Positions 50,749 through 64,000 of a stretch of DNA of 64,000 nt are shown piece after piece. The first letter of the stretch is position 1, and each line of letters opens with the position of its first letter. A program made the position numbers and the translations under genes. Under the pieces are notes generated by a model. That model saw only the letters and a program-made list of their open reading frames with translations. It was not told the DNA's origin and ran no database searches. The stretch is taken from contig CBDCCZ010000003.1 in assembly GCA_965215005.1 (NCBI GenBank), positions 160,001 through 224,000 on the forward strand, read 5' to 3'. The stretch is from Kofleriaceae bacterium. Its GTDB lineage: Bacteria > Myxococcota_A > Polyangia > Haliangiales > Haliangiaceae.

Positions 50749-53700
50749 TTGCTAGCCGGTCCAGGATTCGAGTTCATCGGAACCGAGCGCTTCGAGATTC
50801 GTCGACGCCTCGGCGCCGGCGGAATGGGCGTGGTGTACGAAGCCTTCGACCGCCAGCACGAGGTCGCCGTCGCCCTAAAGACGCTACGCGACGTCGACGC
50901 CAACAAGATCTACCGACTCAAGACTGAGTTCCGCGCCCTGCACGGTATCGAGCACCCCAACATCGTGCATTTGGGCGAGTTGCTTTCGGAGCACGGCGTC
51001 TGGTTCTTCACCATGGAGTTCGTCGACGGTGTCGACTTTCTGGCCCACGTTCGCGGACGAGCCGCACCGCGGGTGACCACGCCGACCGCGTTTGCGCCCA
51101 CCATCGATAGCGTCGAGAATCACGAACTGCCGCGACCCCGAGCAGCGCCGGTGCAAGCGAGCGCGGTGCTCGATGAGGAGCGGCTGCGTGCGGCGTTGGT
51201 GCAGCTCGCCAGCGGCCTCGCCTCGCTGCATGAAGCCGGCAAAGTACACCGCGACATCAAACCCTCCAACGTGCTCGTTACTCCCACCGGTCGCGTGGTC
51301 ATTCTCGACCTCGGACTCGCCGCACCGGTTCACATGGAGAGGGATGCAACCTTCATCGGTGGCGCCGGAACGGTGGAATACATGGCGCCGGAGCAAGCGA
51401 TGAACGGCGCCGTCGGTCCCGCCGCCGATTGGTACAGCTTTGGTGTCGTGCTCTACGAAGCCTTGACGGGCTGCTTGCCGCACACTGGTGAAACTACCTT
51501 CGCAGTGCTGCGACAAAAGCAGGAGCAGGTCCCCACGCCGCCGCACGCGCTGTGTCCCGGCCTTTCCGAACAGCTCTCGGCTCTGGCCATGGAGCTACTG
51601 GCCAAAGATCCCAGCGCACGACCCGAGGCCGCCGCCGTGCTCCACCGACTCGGCGCCAGCGCCGTTGCTCACAAACGTCTCGAGGAGCGCAGTGAGGTGC
51701 CGTTTGTCGGCCGCACCCGCGAGCTCACCGCGCTGCACGTGGCGTGGCGCGAAGCCGAGCGCGGCGCTCCGGTATTGGTCGTGGTTCACGGTGAGTCGGG
51801 CATTGGCAAGAGCGCGCTGGTCGAGCGCTTCAGTAGTCAGCTCACCAGTGACGGCGCTGCGGTGAGCCTTCACGGTCGCTGCTATGAGCGCGAATCGGTG
51901 CCTTATAAGGCATTCGATGGCGTCGCCGACGCGCTCAGCCGTTACCTCCTGCGGCTTGGCGACGAGGAGGTGCGAGCGCTGTTGCCGCGGCGAGCACGGC
52001 AGCTCGCTCAGCTGTTCCCGGTGTTGCAGCGGGTTCCAGCGATTGCGACCGCGCCGCGCAACGTCGGTGATGTCATCGATCCGCGCGAGCAACGCATGCG
52101 CCTGTTCGACGCGTTTCGCGAGCTCCTCGGGCGCATGGCCGAGAAGCACCCCGTAGTCGCCTATATCGACGACTTTCAGTGGGCCGACGCCGATAGCCTG
52201 CTGCTGCTACGCGAGCTTCTCGACCCGCACGAGGCCCCAGCGCTATTGCTGATCATCACGGTGCGTACCGATGCCGGCGGGTTGGGGCTTGGCGATATCG
52301 AAGCGGCGTTGGCTGAGCTCGACGTCGATGTGCGGCTGCTGCCGATTCGAGAGCTGTCAGCATCCGAAGCGCGGCAGATGGTTCGTGCGCTCGGTGCCGG
52401 CGCGGTGGAGACCATCGCAGAGAGCGCCGGCGGTCATCCGCTGTTCTTGCGCGAGCTCGCCCGACACGCTGCCGAGCGCGGAACCACAAAAGGCCCACTG
52501 CGGCTCGATGACGCCATTTGCGAGCGGGTCACGCGGCTTTCGGGAAGCGAGCGCTCGGTGCTCGAGATTCTGTGCGTCGCGGCAGCGCCGCTCGAGCGGC
52601 GGGTCCTCACGGCAGCCACCGGCGTAGACGCAACGACGTTGGATAAGGCGCTTGGCCGGCTGCGCGTCCAGTGCATGGCGCAAGCTGCCAGCACCTCGGC
52701 GAGCGCGTTCGAGCCCTACCACGACCGGGTGCGCAAGGCGATCCTGCGGGATCTCAGCAGCGAGCAGCTACGCCGCCATCATGCCGCCGTCGCCGCCGCG
52801 CTAGAAGCAGAAGGAGCGGCCAAAGCCGATCCCCAGATGCTGGTGCTGCACCTCGAGGGCGCCGGCGATATGGCCGGTGCTTCGCGCTTGGCGGCCGCCG
52901 CCGGCGAGCAAGCCGCTGAAGCCATGGCGTTCGAGCGCGCTGCTGAGTTCTATGCGATCGCGCTGCGCGATGAGGAGCGCGCTGTCGACCAACGATGCGC
53001 ACTGCGCATCGCCCTGGGCGAAGCGTTGATCAATGCGGGACGCGGTGCCGACGCGGCTGACGAGCTACTGCGAGCGGCCGCCGACGCCGAGCCGGCGGTC
53101 AGCATGGAGTGCGAGCGGCTGGCGGCCGAGCAGCTACTGATCTCCGGGCACATCGAGCGCGGCACCGAGGTGCTTGCGCGGCTGCTCGCGGCGCAACGCT
53201 TGACCATGCCCAAGACGCCGCAACGCGCGCTGGCGGCCTTGCTCTGGCACCGCGGATTGTTGCGCCTGCGCGGCATCCGCTGGCGAGCTCGCAGCGAAGC
53301 TGAAATTCCGGCTTCCGAGCTCATGCGCCTCGACACCTATCGAGCGGCCGGCGTCGGGCTCGGAACCGTCGATACCATTCGCGGCGCCTACTTTCAGACC
53401 CGCACGGTGCGCGAAGCGCTGCGCGTTGGTGAGCCGGTTCGACTGTGTCACGCGCTGGCGTACGAGGCTGGTTTCGTGGCTACGCAGAGCCCGCGGGGCA
53501 TTGCGCGGGCTCGCGCGATCCTGGCGCACGCGCGAAGCATGGCCGAGGCCAGCAAGGAGACTTCACCCCTCGCGTGGACCATGGCGATGGAGGGTGTGGT
53601 CGACTACATGAGCGGGCAGTTCGTCGCTGGCGCCGAGGCGCTGCAGCTTGCCGAGCAGATGTTCCGCGAGCGCACCACCGGCAGCACGTGGGCCATCAAC

Positions 53701-54480
53701 CAGACCCGCATGTTTCGCGTATGGGCGCTGATTTGGGCGGGCGACTATGCCGAGATGACCGCGGCGCACGATGCGTACTTGCGCGATGCGATTCGCCGCG
53801 GCGATCGCTATGTCGAGACCACGCTGCGGTGCTCGTGCAGCATCGTATGGCTGGTGCGGGGCGACCTCGATCGCGCACGCGCCAACCTCGAGCGCGCGTT
53901 GTGGACCCCGCCCGCCGATCAGTATCACCTGCAGCATTGGTTCACGCTCAAGGCGCGGGTGGAAAACGAGCTCTATGCCGCCGCCGACGAAGCGATGCTA
54001 GCCACGCTGGCCGAGGAGTTCACCGCGCTCGAGCGATCGCTGCTCACGCGCGTGCAGATCGTTCGCATCGAGGCGAGCTGGCTTCGTGGGCGGCTCGCGC
54101 TCGCGCGGCTGGCGCGGGGCAACGCCAGCGAGCTGCCGGTGGCTGCCAAGCTAGCGCGGCGCCTTGGGCGTGAAGGTTTGATATATGCGTCGGTCTGCGC
54201 GGCGCTGTTGACCGCGGGTGTCGAGCTCGCCCAGCAGCGGCGCGATGCGGTGGCGAGCTCACTCTCGAGCGCAATCGAGCTCGCCGCTGAGTGCGGCATG
54301 TCGGCGGCCGAGACCGCTGCCCGCTACTGGCGGGGCGCGCTGATCGGCGGTGACGAGGGCACCGTCGAGCGCGCGGAAGCAAGGCGATGGGCTCAGCGGC
54401 ATGGCGTGGCCGCTCCAGAGCGGTTTCTCGAGGTGCTGGTGCCAGGCTGGAATTTCAGCCTGCCCAAGCTCCTCGGCTAG
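50749..54480 (+). CDS. Ser/Thr kinase fused to AAA_16-type ATPase and helical/TPR region
   Basis: LGAGGMG, VALK, HRDIKPSN, DLG, GTVEYMAPE; FVGR..EL, GESGIGKS, IDDFQWAD, GHPLFL; start uncertain (ORF open from 50368). Confidence 0.9.
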   Translation: MLAGPGFEFIGTERFEIRRRLGAGGMGVVYEAFDRQHEVAVALKTLRDVDANKIYRLKTEFRALHGIEHPNIVHLGELLSEHGVWFFTMEFVDGVDFLAHVRGRAAPRVTTPTAFAPTIDSVENHELPRPRAAPVQASAVLDEERLRAALVQLASGLASLHEAGKVHRDIKPSNVLVTPTGRVVILDLGLAAPVHMERDATFIGGAGTVEYMAPEQAMNGAVGPAADWYSFGVVLYEALTGCLPHTGETTFAVLRQKQEQVPTPPHALCPGLSEQLSALAMELLAKDPSARPEAAAVLHRLGASAVAHKRLEERSEVPFVGRTRELTALHVAWREAERGAPVLVVVHGESGIGKSALVERFSSQLTSDGAAVSLHGRCYERESVPYKAFDGVADALSRYLLRLGDEEVRALLPRRARQLAQLFPVLQRVPAIATAPRNVGDVIDPREQRMRLFDAFRELLGRMAEKHPVVAYIDDFQWADADSLLLLRELLDPHEAPALLLIITVRTDAGGLGLGDIEAALAELDVDVRLLPIRELSASEARQMVRALGAGAVETIAESAGGHPLFLRELARHAAERGTTKGPLRLDDAICERVTRLSGSERSVLEILCVAAAPLERRVLTAATGVDATTLDKALGRLRVQCMAQAASTSASAFEPYHDRVRKAILRDLSSEQLRRHHAAVAAALEAEGAAKADPQMLVLHLEGAGDMAGASRLAAAAGEQAAEAMAFERAAEFYAIALRDEERAVDQRCALRIALGEALINAGRGADAADELLRAAADAEPAVSMECERLAAEQLLISGHIERGTEVLARLLAAQRLTMPKTPQRALAALLWHRGLLRLRGIRWRARSEAEIPASELMRLDTYRAAGVGLGTVDTIRGAYFQTRTVREALRVGEPVRLCHALAYEAGFVATQSPRGIARARAILAHARSMAEASKETSPLAWTMAMEGVVDYMSGQFVAGAEALQLAEQMFRERTTGSTWAINQTRMFRVWALIWAGDYAEMTAAHDAYLRDAIRRGDRYVETTLRCSCSIVWLVRGDLDRARANLERALWTPPADQYHLQHWFTLKARVENELYAAADEAMLATLAEEFTALERSLLTRVQIVRIEASWLRGRLALARLARGNASELPVAAKLARRLGREGLIYASVCAALLTAGVELAQQRRDAVASSLSSAIELAAECGMSAAETAARYWRGALIGGDEGTVERAEARRWAQRHGVAAPERFLEVLVPGWNFSLPKLLG

Positions 54481-55409
54481 GGTGAGAGGCCGGATTTCTG
54501 GCCACTCACCGACGCCACCGCCACGCCGCGAATTACGAGTGTCTGGGAATCCTGCGCAAACACCACCACCTCGAGAGCCTCTGGCGCCAGCTGCGACGGC
54601 ACCTCGATTGATAACGTCTTGGCGGCGTGCGGTTGACCAGGTTGCATGACGAACGCTTGCTCGAGCGCCCGCACGACGTGATGATTTTGCAGCTGGCGGC
54701 CGGCATTTTCGCCGCGCTTCACCGCCGTGACCGCCTCTCGCTGAGCCACCGCCACCATGATGTCGAGCGGCGAGGTCGGCGCGCCTTTGGCAGCGACCGT
54801 CACCTGCACGCGGCCATCGGCGAGCATCGTCGCAGTTGCATCGAGCGTCACCGTCGGCGAGGTCGCAGCGTGCTCGATGGCGGCAATGACCTCATTGCGC
54901 TTTGAGCCAACGACGGCGACGACACCACCAGCGACCAGCTGCGGCGTGTAGACGCGACCACCCGGCAAGCGCTGCGCGTAGCGGCGCTGGCGCTGGCTGA
55001 AGCGAGCCGACGCGAAGGGATCCGCCCAGCCGAGGTCGTTCCAGTAGTCGACGTGATAGGAGAGAGCCGCGAGCGGCGTTGTTAGCTCGAGCGTATGGAG
55101 CTCGCCGAGCAGCCGATCGGCTGGCGGGCACGAGCTACACCCCTGGGAGGTAAACAGCTCGACCAACACCGGGGCATCCGCGACCTGCGACGCGGTTGAC
55201 GCGGTTGACGCGGTTGACGCGGTCATCGGCAGCGGTGTGTGCTCGACGTGACTCGAGCCGCGACAGCTCGAGCCGAGAAGCAACGATAGCGACACCCAAA
55301 CCAGCGGCGACACCTCCTCTGTACGCGGCGCGACCCATTGAGTTACTGCGCGGCTGCTTGCGTGAATCGGGCCCCCACGTGGTTGGCAAGGAGTGCTACG
55401 AAGGCGCAT
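54477..55409 (-). CDS. DUF1223 thioredoxin-like protein
   Basis: VELFTSQGCSSCPPAD, YHVDYWN.LGW.DPF, YTPQ, GENAGR.L; true start probably downstream of 55409. Confidence 0.88.
   Translation of the reverse strand: MRLRSTPCQPRGGPIHASSRAVTQWVAPRTEEVSPLVWVSLSLLLGSSCRGSSHVEHTPLPMTASTASTASTASQVADAPVLVELFTSQGCSSCPPADRLLGELHTLELTTPLAALSYHVDYWNDLGWADPFASARFSQRQRRYAQRLPGGRVYTPQLVAGGVVAVVGSKRNEVIAAIEHAATSPTVTLDATATMLADGRVQVTVAAKGAPTSPLDIMVAVAQREAVTAVKRGENAGRQLQNHHVVRALEQAFVMQPGQPHAAKTLSIEVPSQLAPEALEVVVFAQDSQTLVIRGVAVASVSGQKSGLSP
55192..55226. repeat. 9-bp coding tandem repeat (gcggttgac) x3+
   Basis: Seen directly; encodes TAS-TAS-TAS linker on minus strand. Confidence 0.8.
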
Positions 55410-56169
55410 GTCACTTGCTGATCGAGTCTATTTAATCACCGGCGGTGCGGCGGGAATCGGCCGCGCGTGCGCCCTTCGACTGGCGCGCGAGGGCGCCCGT
55501 GTGGTCATCGCGGATATCGATGCCGAACGCGGCCGAGCCACCGCCGATGAAGCCGCGGCGACTTTCGTCCCGTGCGACGTCGGCGATCGCAGCGCCGTCG
55601 AGGGCGCGGTCAACCTGGCGGTGCAAACCTACGGCCGTATCGATGGTGCCGTGGCCAATGCCGGCATCGTGCACGCGGCGAATTTTCTCGATCTAGAAGA
55701 AGCAGACTTCGACCGCGTGCTGCGGGTGAACCTCAAGGGCGCCTTCCTCACCGGTCAAGCGGTCGCGCGGCGGCTCGTCGGCCAGCGCGGCGGCGGCGCC
55801 ATCGTTAATATGTCGTCGGTCAACGCGGTCATGGCAATCCCGACCATCACGCCATACGTGGTGTCCAAAGGCGGCATCAATCAGCTCACTCGCGTCATGG
55901 CGCTGGCGCTGGCCCCACACGGTATCCGGGTCAATGCCGTCGGCCCCGGCTCCATTCAGACCGACATGCTCGGCGATGTCGCCAGCGACGCTGCCGCGCG
56001 CCAGAAAATCCTCTCGCGCACGCCGCTTGGCCGCGTAGGCGGTCCAGATGAAATCGCTTCGGTCGTCGCGTTTCTGCTCTCCGATGACGCAAGCTACCTC
56101 ACCGGACAGACGCTGTATGCCGACGGCGGCCGCCTCGCACTCAACTACACGGTTCCCGTAGAGTCGTAG
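55408..56169 (+). CDS. SDR family NAD(P)-dependent oxidoreductase
   Basis: TGGAAGIG, NAG, NMSS, YVVSK, IRVNAVGPG. Confidence 0.93.
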   Translation: MSLADRVYLITGGAAGIGRACALRLAREGARVVIADIDAERGRATADEAAATFVPCDVGDRSAVEGAVNLAVQTYGRIDGAVANAGIVHAANFLDLEEADFDRVLRVNLKGAFLTGQAVARRLVGQRGGGAIVNMSSVNAVMAIPTITPYVVSKGGINQLTRVMALALAPHGIRVNAVGPGSIQTDMLGDVASDAAARQKILSRTPLGRVGGPDEIASVVAFLLSDDASYLTGQTLYADGGRLALNYTVPVES

Positions 56170-56371
56170 CTCTGGCTGCGGGTGCGAGAATGTGCCTCAG
56201 CGCACGTCGCGGCGCTCGAAGCGCCGTGGGCAGGGAGGTGCGACTGCGCTCACCTTTGGTTACTGGGGTGTGACAGTGCGGCGTCAAGTTCGCGTTCGGG
56301 CGTCTCCTGACAGAGGCTGTCGCTGAATTACCCGTTGCTCATTGACACACTTTATCCCCATGGTCGTCCCC

Positions 56372-60457
<4,086 letters not shown>

Positions 60458-60470
60458 TCTTCTCCCCCAC

Positions 60471-60540
60471 GCGGGCTCAACGCGAGCCCGCCCCACCTTC
60501 CCAACAGCCGCGCTCCTCCGAGCGCGGCTATTGCCGTTTC
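60471..60540 (+). terminator. Tandem GC hairpins after the M36 gene
   Basis: gcgggctc/gagcccgc and agccgcgctc/gagcgcggct; weak U tract. Confidence 0.5.
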
Positions 60541-60861
60541 GGTCGCCTCCTTCGCCACTCGTCCGGCGCATGGGCGCAGGGTCAAGCAGCGCGCCCGTTG
60601 TCATCGAACATCGTTCAAGAAAAAGCTACGAGGGTCCACAGAGCCGGGCCGATATGATCTACGTCTGTAGTGGACGCGAACGACTCAGAGCTGCTTGTTC
60701 GCCAGACGTGGTGCCTGTTGAAGTAGACGCGGGATGAGCGGGCACGGCGGCTGTGGGCGGGCGCGGAAGCGGACGCGCCGCGGCGGTGGCGCCACGGGGG
60801 GGCGGTGGCGCGGGCGACGGGCATGGCTATCGTAATGGACGGCACGGACTGCGAACCGACA

Positions 60862-60993
60862 GTACGCGCTCGACAGTTCGCACCGGCCGAAGGACGTGCA
60901 GCTGTGCGAGAAGGCAGGGGTGGAATGTAGTGAACCAGGGAGGGCCGCCGAGGACGGTCTATCTAACGCGTTCGCGTCAGGGGAGAGTACAGC
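60862..60993 (-). mobile_element. Degenerate IS66 right-end remnant
   Basis: Colinear with 62100-62231, including a decayed terminal repeat (gtacgcgctcgacag vs gtaagcgcccgacag). Confidence 0.7.
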
Positions 60994-61338
60994 AACCACA
61001 GCAACGCGAAGTCGCTTTTGCAGAACGGCAGATCGCCGCGCTGCAAAACGAACAGCTGGTGCGCGACCATCGCCATCGTGCAGGCTCTTCTCACCCTGCT
61101 CGGCGCTGCCGCCGAGCGTCCGCCTCAACCGGCTCATCATCAAGCGAACGCCGTAAAAGCGCCGCGCGCACTCCCCGGGTACAACGTCATTTCCACTTCA
61201 ACGGGAGAAGTGGGTTGCGGCGCTACTAGAGCGATTCGAACAGCTCCTTCAGGAGCATGAAGCCACGCGCGATCGGCTCAGGAGGAGTTGAGGAGAAGTG
61301 TCAGGTTTCGCAAACCTTGGCATATCCGGCGGTGTGCA

Positions 61339-61935
61339 CTATTGATCGCGATCGCTCCGAACGACCCGCGCCCGGGGTAGGCTCGATTGGTTTCCCGCCG
61401 CCACGTACTCGGGCGGAGTTTCAAGCGACTCGGCGAACGGCGATGGCTTGGACTCGCTATACGCCTTCGCGCTACACACCAGTGCAGCGACCGCTTGTGA
61501 CGCGGACTCGACGTACTTCCGAAGAAACCTACCCGCCGGGATCTTCACCACCGCGCCGTCCGTTCCTATCGACCCCGCCGACGCCTCGATCTTCTGCTTT
61601 ATTGCCAATGTGAGCATCGCTTCTTGCGCATTCGGCGGCTCGAATTCCACATCGACTATACGCGGCGGAGACCACGAACCTATCTTCACGAAAAAGCGCG
61701 GCCATTCCGGGTCATAATCGGCTTCAAAGTACGCGCCCCCAGCAGACCAGGAGACTCTCACACGAACACCGTACCGCTGAACTTCGAACTCCCATGACCA
61801 CCAGCCAACTCTACGAAGACGCTCTGCACCGAGACGCCGGACGATGCGTCTAACCAGCCACTCCAACCAGAGCTTGTGTAGAAGCGGAAAAAGAATCCAG
61901 CAGACGCCAAGAATCACGTACTTCCTAAGCTCCAT
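61339..61935 (-). CDS. Hypothetical membrane-anchored protein, lower GC, possible immunity protein
   Basis: N-terminal TM, Trp-rich, AGAGGT RBS, atypical codon use. Confidence 0.6.
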   Translation of the reverse strand: MELRKYVILGVCWILFPLLHKLWLEWLVRRIVRRLGAERLRRVGWWSWEFEVQRYGVRVRVSWSAGGAYFEADYDPEWPRFFVKIGSWSPPRIVDVEFEPPNAQEAMLTLAIKQKIEASAGSIGTDGAVVKIPAGRFLRKYVESASQAVAALVCSAKAYSESKPSPFAESLETPPEYVAAGNQSSLPRARVVRSDRDQ

Positions 61936-61946
61936 TGGCTCTACCT

Positions 61947-62099
61947 CTAAAGAAACGGGCGGGCCAGCCGATCGCTGACGACAGTATACAAGAAGTCTGC
62001 CACGGAGGAGGTTATTGCACCACCTGTCGCATCATCAATGAAACGGGTTACGCCGTATGTAGCTGCTCCAGTCGCCATGACCGGGGCTGCTGTTGTGGC
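61947..62099 (-). pseudogene. C-terminal 50-codon remnant of a gene cut by IS66
   Basis: Open frame ATTAAPVMATGAATYGVTRFIDDATGGAITSSVADFLY...PFL* starting exactly at the IS end. Confidence 0.5.
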
Positions 62100-63633
62100 G
62101 TAAGCGCCCGACAGCGCGCACCTGCCTAAGGCGGTGCGGCCGTGCGAAAAGGCGGGGGTGAAATGTAGTGAACCAGGAAGAGCCGCCGAGGACGGGCTCG
62201 CCGGCGCTTTGGCGTCAGGAGAGAGTATCGCCGGCGGGCTGCTCTGGGCACTCGCGGGCGGCGAGCCAGGCGCGTGGCAGGAGCTCAGGGGCGCGGCTCA
62301 TCATCCAGCCGTTAGCGACTTTGTCGATGACATCGGCGAGGTAGTCGTAGGGGTTGACGCCGTCGATCTCGCACTGGAGAACGAGCGAGAGGAGGATGGC
62401 AAAGCGCTGACCTGCCTCGACGCTGCCGACGAAGAGGCAGTTTTTGCGGAAGATGCCGACGGTGCGCAGCCGGCGCTCGACGTGGGCGTTGGAGATGGGC
62501 AGCGAGCCATCGGTAAGAAAGACCTCGAGTGTTGGCAGCTGGCGCTGAAAGTAGACGACGGCTTTGCCCAATGCACTCTTGCTGCCTGCTTGCGGCGCGA
62601 GTTTGGCAACGGCCTCTGTGAGCCGTTTCCAGGTCGGCACCGACGCGGCAGCGCGCAGCGTGCCCCGCCCCACGTCATCTAGCCCGCGCTCTTTAGCCTC
62701 GCGTTCGATGGCGTAGAGTGCTTTGTAGATGTCGACGATCGGCTGAGCGCGTCGATCGCCTTGCTCGAGCGCAGCCACGAATTTGCGGCGTGCATGGTCG
62801 TTGCAGCCGACGCGGATAGGTCCACCTTCGCGGGCGAATAGCGGATTGATGCCGCCATAGCCGTCGCCTTGGATGCTGCCGGAAAAACTAGAAAGCACAG
62901 CGCGAGGGTGCTTTCCTTTCCAGTCTTCGCTGAATTCAGCGTAAGCGATACGACTGATGTCGCCAAGGTAAAGCCATTGACGGCCGCGCACCATCGTCTT
63001 GCCGCTTGGCGAGCCGCGGCTTTGTGCCTTGAGCGGTGTGTCGTCCAAACTGATGAGTCTAGACTTTAGAAGCTCTGTTCGCAGGAGCGGATGGAGAAAC
63101 GCCAGCATGCGTGCCGTCTCGCCAAACCAGTCGTTGAGGGTCGACGTAGCTAGATTCGCACCATGGCGGCGGAGGCCGCGGGCAATACGCTCGATCGGCA
63201 GACCATCGAGCACTTTGCCAACCACCAAATGGGCAAGCAAGCTGGCTGACGCCATGCTACCGGAGATGGGCTTTGCAGGCAGTTGAGGCGGCGCCGTTAC
63301 GATGCCGTCGTCGCAGCGCCGACATGCGTACTTGAAGCGGTGCTCTTCCAGCTTATAGAGCTGCGCCGGCTGAAAGATGATGCGCCGCTGGATATCTGGC
63401 GGCAGCTCCGCTCGCGTCTTGCCGCACGAGCCGCAGTTACGCTCGTCGCCAGTGAGGCGTGCTTCGACCACCTCGACACGTAGCTCCTTGCCACGACGCA
63501 CTCGCTTCTGTTTTGGCTTTGCCGGCGCGCTGCGTTCAACTTCCACTGGCTCCGGGGAAGTCACTTCGCGGTTGAAGGCGAGCACATTCAACAGATCCAG
63601 CGCTAACTGTCCAGCGGGCACCGCTTCAGCCTT
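62100..63633 (-). mobile_element. tnpC: IS66 family element (right end and tnpC 62215-63633, 5' part cut off)
   Basis: Terminus GTAAGCG at 62100; QLAL leucine-zipper end, CxxC..CxxC, DDTP, QGDGY, C..HARRKF, SNAHVERRLR, GVNPYDYL. Confidence 0.9.
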
Positions 63634-64000
63634 GGGTGTAGTTCTGATCCTGCGCATCTCAGGCCGCAGCGGCGTCACCGCTTTCGAGACCACGCTGGAC
63701 TGAAAGGCACCACGTTGGCTAGGACATGAACTTCAGCCTGGTAGTGCGCAGCGAGCAGTGCCCAGGCTTGGTCGAAACGCTCGCTTTGATCCCAGCCGCG
63801 TGCGGTAAGAATGGCTTGCGCGCCGTGGCCCCAGCGCATACCGCTGAGCTTGAGGCGCTGCGCAACGAGAGTCTTGCATGCGGCCTCAACGACGCCCGAG
63901 CCGATGGGTAGGCCCTCCGCTTTGAGCGCCGCGTACTGCATGCGACGCCGGTTCTTGCGGAAGTAGGCAGCACACTGGCGGAGCTTCTCTCGACGCGGGA
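63634..64000 (-). mobile_element. ISKra4-like element, 3' end (transposase C-terminus 63675 to beyond the window)
   Basis: YFRKNRRRMQY...GLPIGSGVVEAACK..V.QRLKLSGMRW; terminus-like GGGTGTAGTTC at 63634 where IS66-like protein sequence begins. Confidence 0.8.

Noticed and set aside
60540..61330. Several short ORFs after the M36 gene
   Set aside because: No consistent frame or motif, and they overlap an IS-end remnant; probably decayed DNA that I cannot assign.

Overview
High-GC DNA that looks myxobacterial (Myxococcota). This is inferred from MYXO-CTERM tails, MopE-type Cys repeats, an FHA/sigma54 activator, Hanks kinases fused to WD40 or AAA domains, and a DUF1552/DUF1592 pair. Contents in order: a MoxR/DUF58/Bat operon; secreted lipoproteins; two genes split by single-base indels in C runs; a cluster of palindromic elements beside a Y1/HUH (RAYT-like) transposase; a coupled cheY - Zn-ribbon - pilB/gspE - cheX - CheA-like operon with no MCP or CheW; a giant Cys-repeat surface protein; housekeeping and metabolic genes (ychF, RlmI-like methylase, thiolase, HAD-ECH fusion); signalling genes; an M36 protease with MYXO-CTERM; and a terminal IS hotspot (ISKra4-like nested in IS66). 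Three observations stand out. (1) A 150-bp TAG-bounded palindromic element occurs twice, once inserted in frame inside the CheA-like kinase. (2) A receptor-less Che module is wired to a pilus/secretion ATPase, apparently through a Zn-ribbon protein carrying CheZ/FliM-like CheY-docking motifs. (3) One ORF appears to be a polyprotein, with an internal MYXO-CTERM followed directly by a second, lipoprotein-type signal. All product calls come from motif recognition by eye; no database searches were run.
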